From Eledone cirrhosa (lineage: Eukaryota): a DNA stretch of 47,190 nt. Position numbers and translations under genes: made by a program. The stretch spans positions 1-47,190 of the forward strand of contig CAXHJY010000290.1 of assembly GCA_964016885.1 (NCBI GenBank), written 5' to 3'. Shown here in pieces: positions 1 through 22,642 of this stretch (positions are counted from its first letter, which is position 1; every line of letters starts with the position of its first letter). The notes beneath the pieces were generated by a model. It had not been told where the DNA came from. It worked only from the letters and a program-made list of their open reading frames with translations, and ran no database searches.

Positions 1-7
1 CGTAACT

Positions 8-1600
<1,593 letters not shown>

Positions 1601-2208
1601 GGTGGCTGCCAACTCGTTTTCGAGTACGGCCACTACTTTATATCCATGTAGGAGAACCCCTACCAATGCGCTGAACGAGTGTGACTTTTTAGTCCAGCCA
1701 GCGACTTGAAAACTCTGGTACAAACACTACACCTGTGACAATTATTGACACATAGTGCTGGGCCCATGGTACCATGTGATGACAAGTGCAGAGAGATCTC
1801 CAGATATAAAGCAATGCCTGTGCCGTGAAGCTTTTATAGTGAGCAAAGGCACTGCACAAAGCCAGTCCCACTCTCTTAACCAAGATAATATTTACCAAAA
1901 AGAAGAACAAGTCAACATCATTGGATACCATCAGGGTTGCAGATGTTATATCAGAGTTTTCCTTCTCCTAGAATTCTGCCTTGACAAAGGCTAAGGGGTC
2001 ATCTCTCCCAGTGATTTTGGATAGCCATTGACTCTAAAGAGCTCCTTTGCCCTTTGACAGGTTTTGTTTTTAGTCCTGCAGGATGTCCAAAGTCACCCTC
2101 CTCACCAAGAAACCTTGGTGGGGTTGCCAGTTTAGTCGCCAACGACCCGACCATGGAACAGGTTGTACTGGGATACATGTTACCAGTAGCACCAACTGGT
2201 GACCTGAC
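1601..2208 (-). mobile_element. Family A: RTE-derived non-autonomous element, longest copy
   Basis: Minus strand carries CTAGGAGAAGGAAAACTCTGA and TAAACTGGCAACCCC motifs resembling RTE LINE 5' UTRs; terminal hairpin ACTCG-AAAA-CGAGT just before the TA tract; no ORF; three copies in the window. Confidence 0.6.
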
Positions 2209-4204
<1,996 letters not shown>

Positions 4205-4428
4205 TTTTTTTTAAGCGATCGACTTTTGTCAAATCGGACCGAGGAAACAATGTTTCCGTTGGTCTTTCCAATTGCTAATACTATCTATCGGTCGCAACTC
4301 CAGGTAGAAGGAGCAACGTGAAATAAAGTGTCTTGCTCAAGGACATAACGCATCGCCTGGTCCAGGAATCGAACTCACAACTTCACGATTGCGAATCCAA
4401 TTCTCTAACCACTCAGCCACACGCCTTC
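4205..4428 (-). mobile_element. tRNA-derived SINE with structured 3' module and A-tail
   Basis: Minus strand: A box TGGCTGAGTGG, B box GAGTTCGATTCC, then TGTCCTTGAGCAAGACACTT central-domain motif, ending in A8. Confidence 0.85.
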
Positions 4429-4442
4429 ATATATATATATAC

Positions 4443-4475
<33 letters not shown>

Positions 4476-4481
4476 CATATG

Positions 4482-4532
<51 letters not shown>

Positions 4533-4628
4533 ACATATACATATATATATATACATATATATATATACATATACATGTATACATATACATATATATATAT
4601 ACATATACATATATATATATACATATAC

Positions 4629-4663
<35 letters not shown>

Positions 4664-4680
4664 CTTATATATATATATAC

Positions 4681-4711
<31 letters not shown>

Positions 4712-4726
4712 CATATATATATATAC

Positions 4727-5033
<307 letters not shown>

Positions 5034-5044
5034 CATATATATAC

Positions 5045-5083
<39 letters not shown>

Positions 5084-5720
5084 CGTTGTTCCGGGTTGAA
5101 TCGGAGGTAACCACAGTAAGTAAGGTACTCAATACATAGCAGAGTATAACAGTTTTAATATAGATGAGATTCTACAGGACTAGAACTGTTTCATTCATTA
5201 GAAATCATCAGGAATCTGGGTATCAAAAAATAAATATGGTATTTATAGGTCTCTACAAGTGGTAGGAGAGGGTGGTGAGTGGGATGGGTGCAGGTCATTG
5301 GTTGATAGAAAAGGGAATTCATTAAAAGCTAATTCTACAAAGCTATAGTTAATTTTTATTTTTATTTATATTTATTTATGTTTTTAGAGTAACAAAGGCA
5401 GACAGAATTCTATAAACAGGTTCCGGATGGCATACCAATCCTTGTCAATAAGTTTCTCTTAAGCTAACAGATGTCTATAAAATCAGTGGGGGGTCAGTCA
5501 TGCTCGTTAGAATTAAAGAAAAGGGAGATTCTTTAAAAGCTAAAGTCATTAAGGTTCTACTAAGTGACAAAGGTCTAGAGAATTCTGCAGACAGATTCAA
5601 AATAATGAGTGCATATCTTACTATTATCTTCGAACTTCTCTTAAACTAATCAACAATATGCCAAAAATCAACACACATTCACAAAAAAACAAAAAAACAA
5701 AAAACAGAAAAACAAAAATC
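5084..5720 (-). mobile_element. Family C: PLE pseudo-LTR / 3' end, probably the 3' end of the PLE at 8192-9625
   Basis: Contains a hammerhead on the same strand as the upstream PLE ORF; its first ~135 nt recur at 46310-46444. Confidence 0.65.
5167..5217 (-). ncRNA. Minimal type I hammerhead ribozyme (family C)
   Basis: AGATTC-CTGATGA-TTTCTAATGAAT-GAAAC-AGTTCTAGTCCT-GTA-GAATCT: 6-bp stem I, intact core, GUA site, CTAG palindrome in loop III. Confidence 0.85.
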
Positions 5721-8012
<2,292 letters not shown>

Positions 8013-8191
8013 AAGTAAATAGGTACTCAATAAATATACGCATATACACAGGCACATAAAGACACCTCTACAGGCAGAAAATGTAGATACGAAAGAGGTA
8101 CTCACATGACCATAGTGGCCGTATTTCAGGTTGAGGAGGGGTGGGGGTTGGGTGGGGAGGAGGTATAGGGGCCAATAGGGGGAGGTCGTTT

Positions 8192-9625
8192 TTAGCCATC
8201 GGGCTTTAACACTGGCTTAAAGTGTTTGAATGTTGCAAAGTTCTTGTGCATGCAGTTCGGGCAGTGTTCAGAGAGTTTGTTCAGTAGCGGGCCCTTGGCG
8301 AATAAAATTTCGTAGCTCTCTGAAATACAAAGGTCGCAGCCCTTGTGTCCTCCGTTGTAAGAGCGCGCTTTCTGGAGTATTTTCCAATTAATCGTGAAGG
8401 GGGTGGAGTTCCTTTTGAGGTCCCAAACGTAGGAGGCGAGTGTTGTTTGATTTGATTTATCCGGTCTTCTGAAGGAGTGGGTATGGGCATACCAACGGGT
8501 CTTAAAGTTGTTGGAGGTCATGCCGATGTAAGTTTTTTTACGATCCTCGGTGCCCGAGATGACATCGCATTTGTATACGATGTCATTTGTGAGGCATTTG
8601 TTTTCTAGTGGGCATGCTTCCTTATTTAGGCAATTACATAGAGCCCCAGTCCGGGGATTGGTTTCGGAGGTGGTTGGCTTATTTAGTTTAGAGTTGTGGT
8701 TGGCTATATTCCTAGCTAGGTTAGGTGTGGTGGAGTAAGACAGTCTTATAGTGTTCTTATTAAAGATGGTGTAGTACCTATGTTGTATGGGGAAGTGTAA
8801 TTTCAGTAAAGTGAAGAAAATCCTAGCTATCGGAGTAGATACCTCTCTATTGAAGGGAGGGTTGTACCAGCTAATCTGCCTATGTCTATTCCTCCTCTGC
8901 AATTTTGCGGTGGTTTCTAGGTAAGTTATCTTATCTTTAAATCCGCTACGGGCTAGGGCGTCATTGTAGTAGGAGGCAGATGCATTAAAAATATCTTTGT
9001 TGGCGGAGAGGCCAGATATTCTAATAGAGACGCTTTTTACTAGGTTATCAGTAATGTTTTGGGGGTGGTTTGAATTAACATTAATATATTTAAGGGACTC
9101 GTTAGGTTTGTGGTACGGGTAATAGAGGGAAGTATCTAGGTCGAGAGTGACATCTAAGAAGTTGGCCCTAGTCAAATTAGAATCTATAGTTATACTAAAT
9201 CCTAGATTAGAGAAGAAAGAGCTTAAGTTTTTCCGAAACCCATCGGTGGTTCTGGGGCTAACCTTATGCAGGGCGAAGAGGCCGTCGTCTCGGTATAAAC
9301 CTCCAGTTAGGCCGGTAAAGAGGTTCTTCAGGTTATGTAGGATGTACAGGCCCACAAGGTCGCTAATTTCAGCCGAGTCACTCGCCCCCATGCTAACGTC
9401 AAATGGGGTCTGAGATTTCTTGTTGATCCAGTAAGATCCATCGTGGTATAGAAAGGTCTTACGAGCGTGGAGGATAATAACTTGCTCGGCATCGGTAATG
9501 GTGGTAAAATTCCTGGCAAAGTTAATTGCGTCCTTCAAGAGGGGCTCCGAGATAGAGGCATAGTAGTTTTCTATGTCGAGTTGTAGGAAGCGAGTGTGGT
9601 GTTTATCGGGTAATTCTTGGAACCA
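8192..9625 (-). CDS. 5'-truncated Penelope-like element ORF: RT (domains 3-7, thumb) + GIY-YIG endonuclease; possibly Naiad-like
   Basis: LDIENYY, MGAS, YRDD, FLDVTL, YHKP..YI...[49 protein letters not shown]; the first ~55 aa of the listed ORF are Helitron/microsatellite read-through. Confidence 0.92.
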   Translation of the reverse strand, partial: WFQELPDKHHTRFLQLDIENYYASISEPLLKDAINFARNFTTITDAEQVIILHARKTFLYHDGSYWINKKSQTPFDVSMGASDSAEISDLVGLYILHNLKNLFTGLTGGLYRDDGLFALHKVSPRTTDGFRKNLSSFFSNLGFSITIDSNLTRANFLDVTLDLDTSLYYPYHKPNESLKYINVNSNHPQNITDNLVKSVSIRISGLSANKDIFNASASYYNDALARSGFKDKITYLETTAKLQRRNRHRQISWYNPPFNREVSTPIARIFFTLLKLHFPIQHRYYTIFNKNTIRLSYSTTPNLARNIANHNSKLNKPTTSETNPRTGALCNCLNKEACPLENKCLTNDIVYKCDVISGTEDRKKTYIGMTSNNFKTRWYAHTHSFRRPDKSNQTTLASYVWDLKRNSTPFTINWKILQKARSYNGGHKGCDLCISESYEILFAKGPLLNKLSEHCPNCMHKNFATFKHFKPVLKPDG

Positions 9626-9629
9626 TATA

Positions 9630-9699
<70 letters not shown>

Positions 9700-10577
9700 C
9701 TAGCAGTAAAGCCCGGCGTTGCTCGGGGTCGCTCAGTAGCTGTGTTAAAGTTACAATGTTAAGTTTCTTTTTTGGCTTAAAGTCTGTCTGCACGACTGTC
9801 TGTCTGCACGCCTAACGAAATTTACAGATACATATATTTTAAATAAACTTATATAATTTTTGCTTTTTTTTACGAAATATTTGCTTGTTTTACGTAGTCT
9901 TTAAATAGACTTGTTTTCAAGTAAAAATATTGTTTTAAAAGGCTTTTAAATGGAAATGAAGCAAAACGGAAGCTTAGTGTTCGAACTGATGAATTTTGCA
10001 GGTCAAAATTTTGCTGGCTCGACAACTGTTCGTGTATTGTGTTAATGTCATTTTAAACGCTGAGAAAGCCAGCGTAATTTTTTTAATTTTTGCACGCAGA
10101 AAATGTAAACAGAACGTAAGACGCTCAATGTAAACAGAACAAAGGGAAATAACTCGTCACTTACGCTCAAAAATCGATACATTAGATTCGATTTCGTCAC
10201 ATAGGGTGGGTCAATTTGAAATATTTTTTTTGCGATGTCTTCGCTAGGGCTCAATGTACAAGTATAGCAATTTCGGTGCAATTCCGTCAGAGATTCTAAG
10301 AGGAGATGTGTGCCAAAAATCGATAGACAGACAGACAACCACAGCTTTATATATATAGAACAAAGGGAAATAACTCGTCACTTACGCTAAAAAATCGATA
10401 CATTAGATTCGATTTCGTCACATAGGGTGGGTCAATTTGAAATATTTTTTTTCCGATGTCTTCGCTAGGGCTCAATGTACAAGTATAGCAATTTCGGTGC
10501 AATTCCGTCAGAGATTCTAAGAGATGTGTGCCAAAAATCGATAGACAGACAGACAACCACAGCTTTATATATATAGA
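9700..10577 (-). mobile_element. Non-autonomous Helitron with duplicated 5' end
   Basis: Minus strand begins TC (TCTATATATATAAAGCTG), ends with hairpin CCCGAGCAACGCCGGG then CTAG, inserted between A and T; ~220 bp 5' segment tandemly repeated (10136-10359, 10357-10577). Confidence 0.85.
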
Positions 10578-10598
10578 TATACATATATATATATATAC

Positions 10599-10751
<153 letters not shown>

Positions 10752-10752
10752 C

Positions 10753-10823
<71 letters not shown>

Positions 10824-10844
10824 CATATATATATACATATATAC

Positions 10845-10977
<133 letters not shown>

Positions 10978-10982
10978 TATAC

Positions 10983-11063
<81 letters not shown>

Positions 11064-11078
11064 CATATATATATATAC

Positions 11079-11228
<150 letters not shown>

Positions 11229-11595
11229 GGTGGCTGCCAACTCGTTTTCGAGTACGGCCACTACCTTATATCCATGTAGGAGAAACCCTACCGAAGCGCT
11301 GAACGAGTGTGACTTTTTAGTCCAGCCAGCGACTTGAAAACTCTGGTACAAACACTACACCTGTGACAATCACTGACACATAGTGCTGGGCCCATGGTAC
11401 CATGTGAGGACCAGTGCAGAGAGATCTCCAGATATAAAGCAATGCCTGTGCCGTGAAGCTTTTATAGTGAGCAAAGGCACTGCACAAAGCCAGTCCCACT
11501 CTCTTAACCAAGATGATATTTACCAAAAAGAAGAACAAGTCAACATCATTGGATACCATTAGGGTTGCAGGTGTTATATCAGAGTTTTCCTTCTA

Positions 11596-11598
<3 letters not shown>
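11229..11598 (-). mobile_element. Family A, 5'-truncated copy
   Basis: Near-identical to 1601-1973. Confidence 0.85.
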
Positions 11599-11633
<35 letters not shown>

Positions 11634-11646
11634 GTATATATATATA

Positions 11647-11860
11647 TTGTTATATTTGGGGAGGGTCATATTTGCGTAATATTGCCAGAATTAATAACAG
11701 AACACACTCACTGTTTGGTTGGTTTTCGCTTCTCGCTGTCTTTTATATCTGTTATTAATTCTGGCAATATTACGCAAATATGACCCTCCCCAAATATAAC
11801 AATATCTGTTTCGACACACGATTTCATATAAAAAACCTCGCAAAACTAATTCATCGCCGC
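11647..11860. mobile_element. Family F: fold-back mini-element made of the two termini of the PLE at 36302-38038
   Basis: Left part matches 36302-36400; right part matches 37927-38038; arms are inverted repeats. Confidence 0.85.
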
Positions 11861-11880
11861 TATATATATATATATATATA

Positions 11881-12098
11881 CATAAGAGAGTATTGAAGTT
11901 TGCTTGAAGCATTGTGGAACAATAAGTAAATATCTATAAGTCGTTTGGAAGCCTCGACAATGCAAATGGGTAAATCTCCGGGTAACAAGGTCCGGTGGTG
12001 GAGAGAGAGATGTAAGTGGGTGTACGTTGAGATGCGTGGTGTGTATACACACCACGCATCTCAACGTACATCTGCATTGTCGAGGCTTCCAAACGACT

Positions 12099-12102
<4 letters not shown>
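11881..12102. mobile_element. Family B fold-back element, copy 1
   Basis: 54-nt tail, outer IR 11935-11968/12069-12102, perfect 50-bp palindrome 12021-12070. Confidence 0.8.
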
Positions 12103-12190
<88 letters not shown>

Positions 12191-12209
12191 TATATATACA
12201 TACATATAC

Positions 12210-12250
<41 letters not shown>

Positions 12251-12362
12251 TATACATATATATACATATACATATATATATATATACATATATATATATA
12301 CATATACATATACATATATATACATATACATATATATACATATACATATATATACATATACA

Positions 12363-12414
<52 letters not shown>

Positions 12415-12503
12415 CATATATATACATATATATACATATACATATATATATATATACATATATACATATACATATACATATATATACATATATATACATA
12501 TAC

Positions 12504-12544
<41 letters not shown>

Positions 12545-12555
12545 CATATACATAC

Positions 12556-13158
12556 TTAGTAAGTAAGTTAATTTTTAAAAAAATTTTAAAATTTTCTTAT
12601 TTTACGTCTTTTATATTATTTTTCTGCATCCTCCTGCATTGAACAACCTAGGTACTATGACATAACTTGTGTATTTGCTAGCATTAGCGTACATTTGTAC
12701 GCATATGTTAGTAGATATACTAAATTCTCTATATTTATCTCCAAATTACTTATTTGTTGAGCAAACCTGCCAAAACCACCTACTAATTTATTGGCGTGGT
12801 AGTAGGCTTCTGTCATCTTACCATCCCACTCCTACCGACTAGCCTCAGTGTCACGTGATTGATTCTTTAGAATCTGCCATTTGACCAGAGACAGCGAGCT
12901 TTTCAGTAGATGGAATCCAGTCCCCGCTAGCTGTTCCATCTACCGAATTATTATTATTTTTATATGAGTCCCCAGTGTCCGCGCACTGCCTGGAGACTTA
13001 GATGAGAATAGACTCCCTGATGACGCAATGAATTCTCGACAATTATATTATGTAACTGTCTTTATCCCATTGCAGAAACTAATTAGTTGGAGTGAAAATT
13101 TTAGTAAGTAAGTTAATTTTTTTTTAATTTTTAAAATTTTCTTATTTTACGTCTTTTA
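12556..13158 (+). mobile_element. Family D: retrozyme-like / non-autonomous PLE-type element, copy 1
   Basis: Non-coding 545-nt monomer plus ~58-nt terminal direct repeat; hammerhead just before the second repeat; several internal hairpins. Confidence 0.75.
13012..13093 (+). ncRNA. Type I hammerhead ribozyme (family D)
   Basis: ACTCC-CTGATGA-C-GCAATG..CATTGC-A-GAAAC-TAATTA-GTT-GGAGT; palindromic stem/loop III, extended stem II. Confidence 0.85.
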
Positions 13159-13297
13159 TATATATATATATACATATACATATACATATATATACATATA
13201 TATATATATACACATATATATATATATATCCATATACATATATATATATATACATATATATATATACACATATATATATATATATATATCCATATAC

Positions 13298-13329
<32 letters not shown>

Positions 13330-13573
13330 ATATATATATCCATATACATATATATATATACATATACATATATATATATACATATACATATATATATATC
13401 CATATACATATATATATATATCCATATACATATATATCCATATACATATATATATATACATATACATATATATATATATCCATATACATATATATCCATA
13501 TACATATATATATATACATATACATATATATATATACATATATATATACATATATATATACATATATATATAC

Positions 13574-13608
<35 letters not shown>

Positions 13609-13713
13609 CATATATATATACATATATATATACATATATATATATATATACATATGTATATATATACATACATATATATATATATACATACATATATATA
13701 TATATACACATAC

Positions 13714-13746
<33 letters not shown>

Positions 13747-13904
13747 CATACATATATATATACATATATATATATACATACATATATATATACATATATA
13801 TATATACATATATATACATATACATATATATATATATACATATATATATACATACATATATATATACATATATATATATACATATGTATATATATATATA
13901 TATA

Positions 13905-14123
13905 CATAAGAGAGTATTGAAGTTTGCTTGAAGCATTGTGGAACAATAAGTAAATATCTATAAGTCGTTTGGAAGCCTCGACAATGCAAATGGGTAAATC
14001 TCCGGGTAACAAGGTCCGGTGGTGGAGAGAGAGATGTAAGTGGGTGTACGTTGAGATGCGTGGTGTGTATACACACCACGCATCTCAACGTACATTTGCA
14101 TTGTCGAGGCTTCCAAACGACTT
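13905..14123. mobile_element. Family B fold-back element, copy 2
   Basis: Near-identical to 11881-12099. Confidence 0.8.
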
Positions 14124-14125
14124 GA

Positions 14126-14209
<84 letters not shown>

Positions 14210-14215
14210 ACATAC

Positions 14216-14254
<39 letters not shown>

Positions 14255-14417
14255 TATACATATATATACATATACATATATATATATATATACATATATA
14301 TACATATATATACATATACATATATATATATACATATATATACATATACATATATATATATATACATATATACATATACATATACATATATATACATATA
14401 CATATATATACATATAC

Positions 14418-14470
<53 letters not shown>

Positions 14471-14475
14471 CATAC

Positions 14476-15077
14476 TTAGTAAGTAAGTTAATTTTTAAAA
14501 AATTTTTAAAATTTTCTTATTTTACGTCTTTTATATTATTTTTCTGCATCCTCCTGCATTGAACAACCTAGGTACTATGACATAACTTGTGTATTTGCTA
14601 GCATTAGCGTACATTTGTACGCATATGTTAGTAGATATACTAAATTCTCTATATTTATCTCCAAATTACTTATTTGTTGAGCAAACCTGCCAAAACCACC
14701 TACTAATTTATTGGCGTGGTAGTAGGCTTCTGTCATCTTACCATCCCACTCCTACCGACTAGCCTCAGTGTCACGTGATTGATTCTTTAGAATCTGCCAT
14801 TTGACCAGAGACAGCGAGCTTTTCAGTAGATGGAATCTAGTCCCCGCTAGCTGTTCCATCTACCGAATTATTATTATTTTTATATGAGTCCCCAGTGTCC
14901 GCGCACTGCCTGGAGACTTAGCTGAGAATAGACTCCCTGATGACGCAATGAATTCTCGACAATTATATTATGTAACTGTCTTTATCCCATTGCAGAAACT
15001 AATTAGTTGGAGTGAACATTTTAGTAAGTAAGTTAATTTTTAAAAAATTTTTAAAATTTTCTTATTTTACGTCTTTT

Positions 15078-15078
<1 letters not shown>
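14476..15078 (+). mobile_element. Family D element, copy 2
   Basis: Near-identical to 12556-13158. Confidence 0.75.
14932..15013 (+). ncRNA. Type I hammerhead ribozyme (family D)
   Basis: Identical motif to 13012-13093. Confidence 0.85.
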
Positions 15079-19955
<4,877 letters not shown>

Positions 19956-21122
19956 TTATAAAAAATATACCAAACAAGCCTTCAATACATCAAAAGTCTT
20001 TATTAGCCAACAATGTTTCGTCATATTAAGGACTCATCAGGGCAAGTAAAGCTACAAGAAGCACTATCGGCCAATACAAGCCAAAAACTCAGAAGAATAT
20101 GGAGTATACATCTATTAAAGCCTAGGAAGGATATCAAGGAAAAGTAGGCTAAGATTAAGAGTGAGCAGTTACAAACATAGATATAGACCAAATAGCAAGG
20201 AAGTGATTAACATGTTGAACCCACATTGTAAATATTATATAATGCAAAAACTTGAAACACAAATGGTAATATAATGCGAGAATTACAGTACGATATAGAA
20301 TATAATATAATAGATGGTGATAATAAAAAGATTAATATATGTATATATATATATATATATATATACATATATACATTAGTACAAACACAAACTAACACTT
20401 ATTAAGTATTTAAATATATATGTATATATTGTTTACAGTATAATATAATAAAGATAAAAAAATAAGAATAAAGATAAAAATAAAAATAAAATATAATATA
20501 TAATTCCCTGTCAGTGTGCATAAACAATATAAAAACATTATAATAAAGATTATAATAACAATATTATAATATATTGGCATCAAAAGATATACAAAATTAC
20601 ATCATATATATAATTCAAGGTTAACAAATAGTATAAAGTTTTACACAGGGTAAGAAAAAAATCATATAGAACTAAATAGTGTTGAAAAAATTGTGTTGAA
20701 AAAAATATCTATACCATTGTAACAAATACACGGAGGTCAGGACGTTTTACATTGGCATAAATATTACCAAAATATCACAAGATATTACAAAATATAACAG
20801 AACAGTATTTCGAATAACATATATTAAAATCTATAATACGATTACATAAAAATGATATGATATAACAACAATAATGTCAAATATCAAACAGAGTCTAAGG
20901 AAGTGCTTATTAAATATTTACGTGGTTGCGATACACAGACATATATTAATGATACATATATTAATGATACATATATTAATAATACACAGACATATATTAA
21001 TGAACAGCGTGTGGTAGTAAATTCTTCGGCTCTGTTTAATTACATTGAGCTATATCTTATACTGTCATTTCTATAATATGAAGAGTGTGTTTAACTCCAA
21101 TACACTCTATTATTTCAATTCT

Positions 21123-21123
<1 letters not shown>
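19956..21123 (-). mobile_element. Family G: 3' remnant of a third PLE (degenerate endonuclease C-terminus, AT-rich 3' UTR, hammerhead)
   Basis: Minus strand gives IEIIEC..LHIIE..(frameshift)LNRAEEF, similar to the PLE2 terminus IEIRII..IRE..LNRKNEW; hammerhead ~45 nt from the TA junction. Confidence 0.55.
19998..20051 (-). ncRNA. Minimal type I hammerhead ribozyme (family G)
   Basis: CTTTACTTGCC-CTGATGA-GTC-CTTAATAT-GAC-GAAAC-ATT-GTT-GGCTAATAAAG. Confidence 0.85.
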
Positions 21124-22558
<1,435 letters not shown>

Positions 22559-22642
22559 CTCTTTTACTCTCTTTTACTCTTTTACCTGTTTCAGCCATCC
22601 GGCTGAGGCCATGCTGGGGCACCGCCATTGTTGCTACACATT

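Noticed and set aside
1689-1994. Short ORFs within family A and antisense ORFs within the LINEs/PLEs
   Set aside because: No recognisable motifs; not consistently conserved between copies, or shadows of real ORFs
4355-4428. Functional tRNA gene
   Set aside because: Acceptor stem not intact and it continues directly into a SINE central domain
12070-12102. Hammerhead in family B (TTGTCGA-GGCTTCC-AAAC)
   Set aside because: Three core deviations and no stem I or III found
11229-15078. CRISPR-like alternation of repeats and unique segments
   Set aside because: Eukaryotic TE context, variable lengths, no cas genes; the islands are transposon fragments
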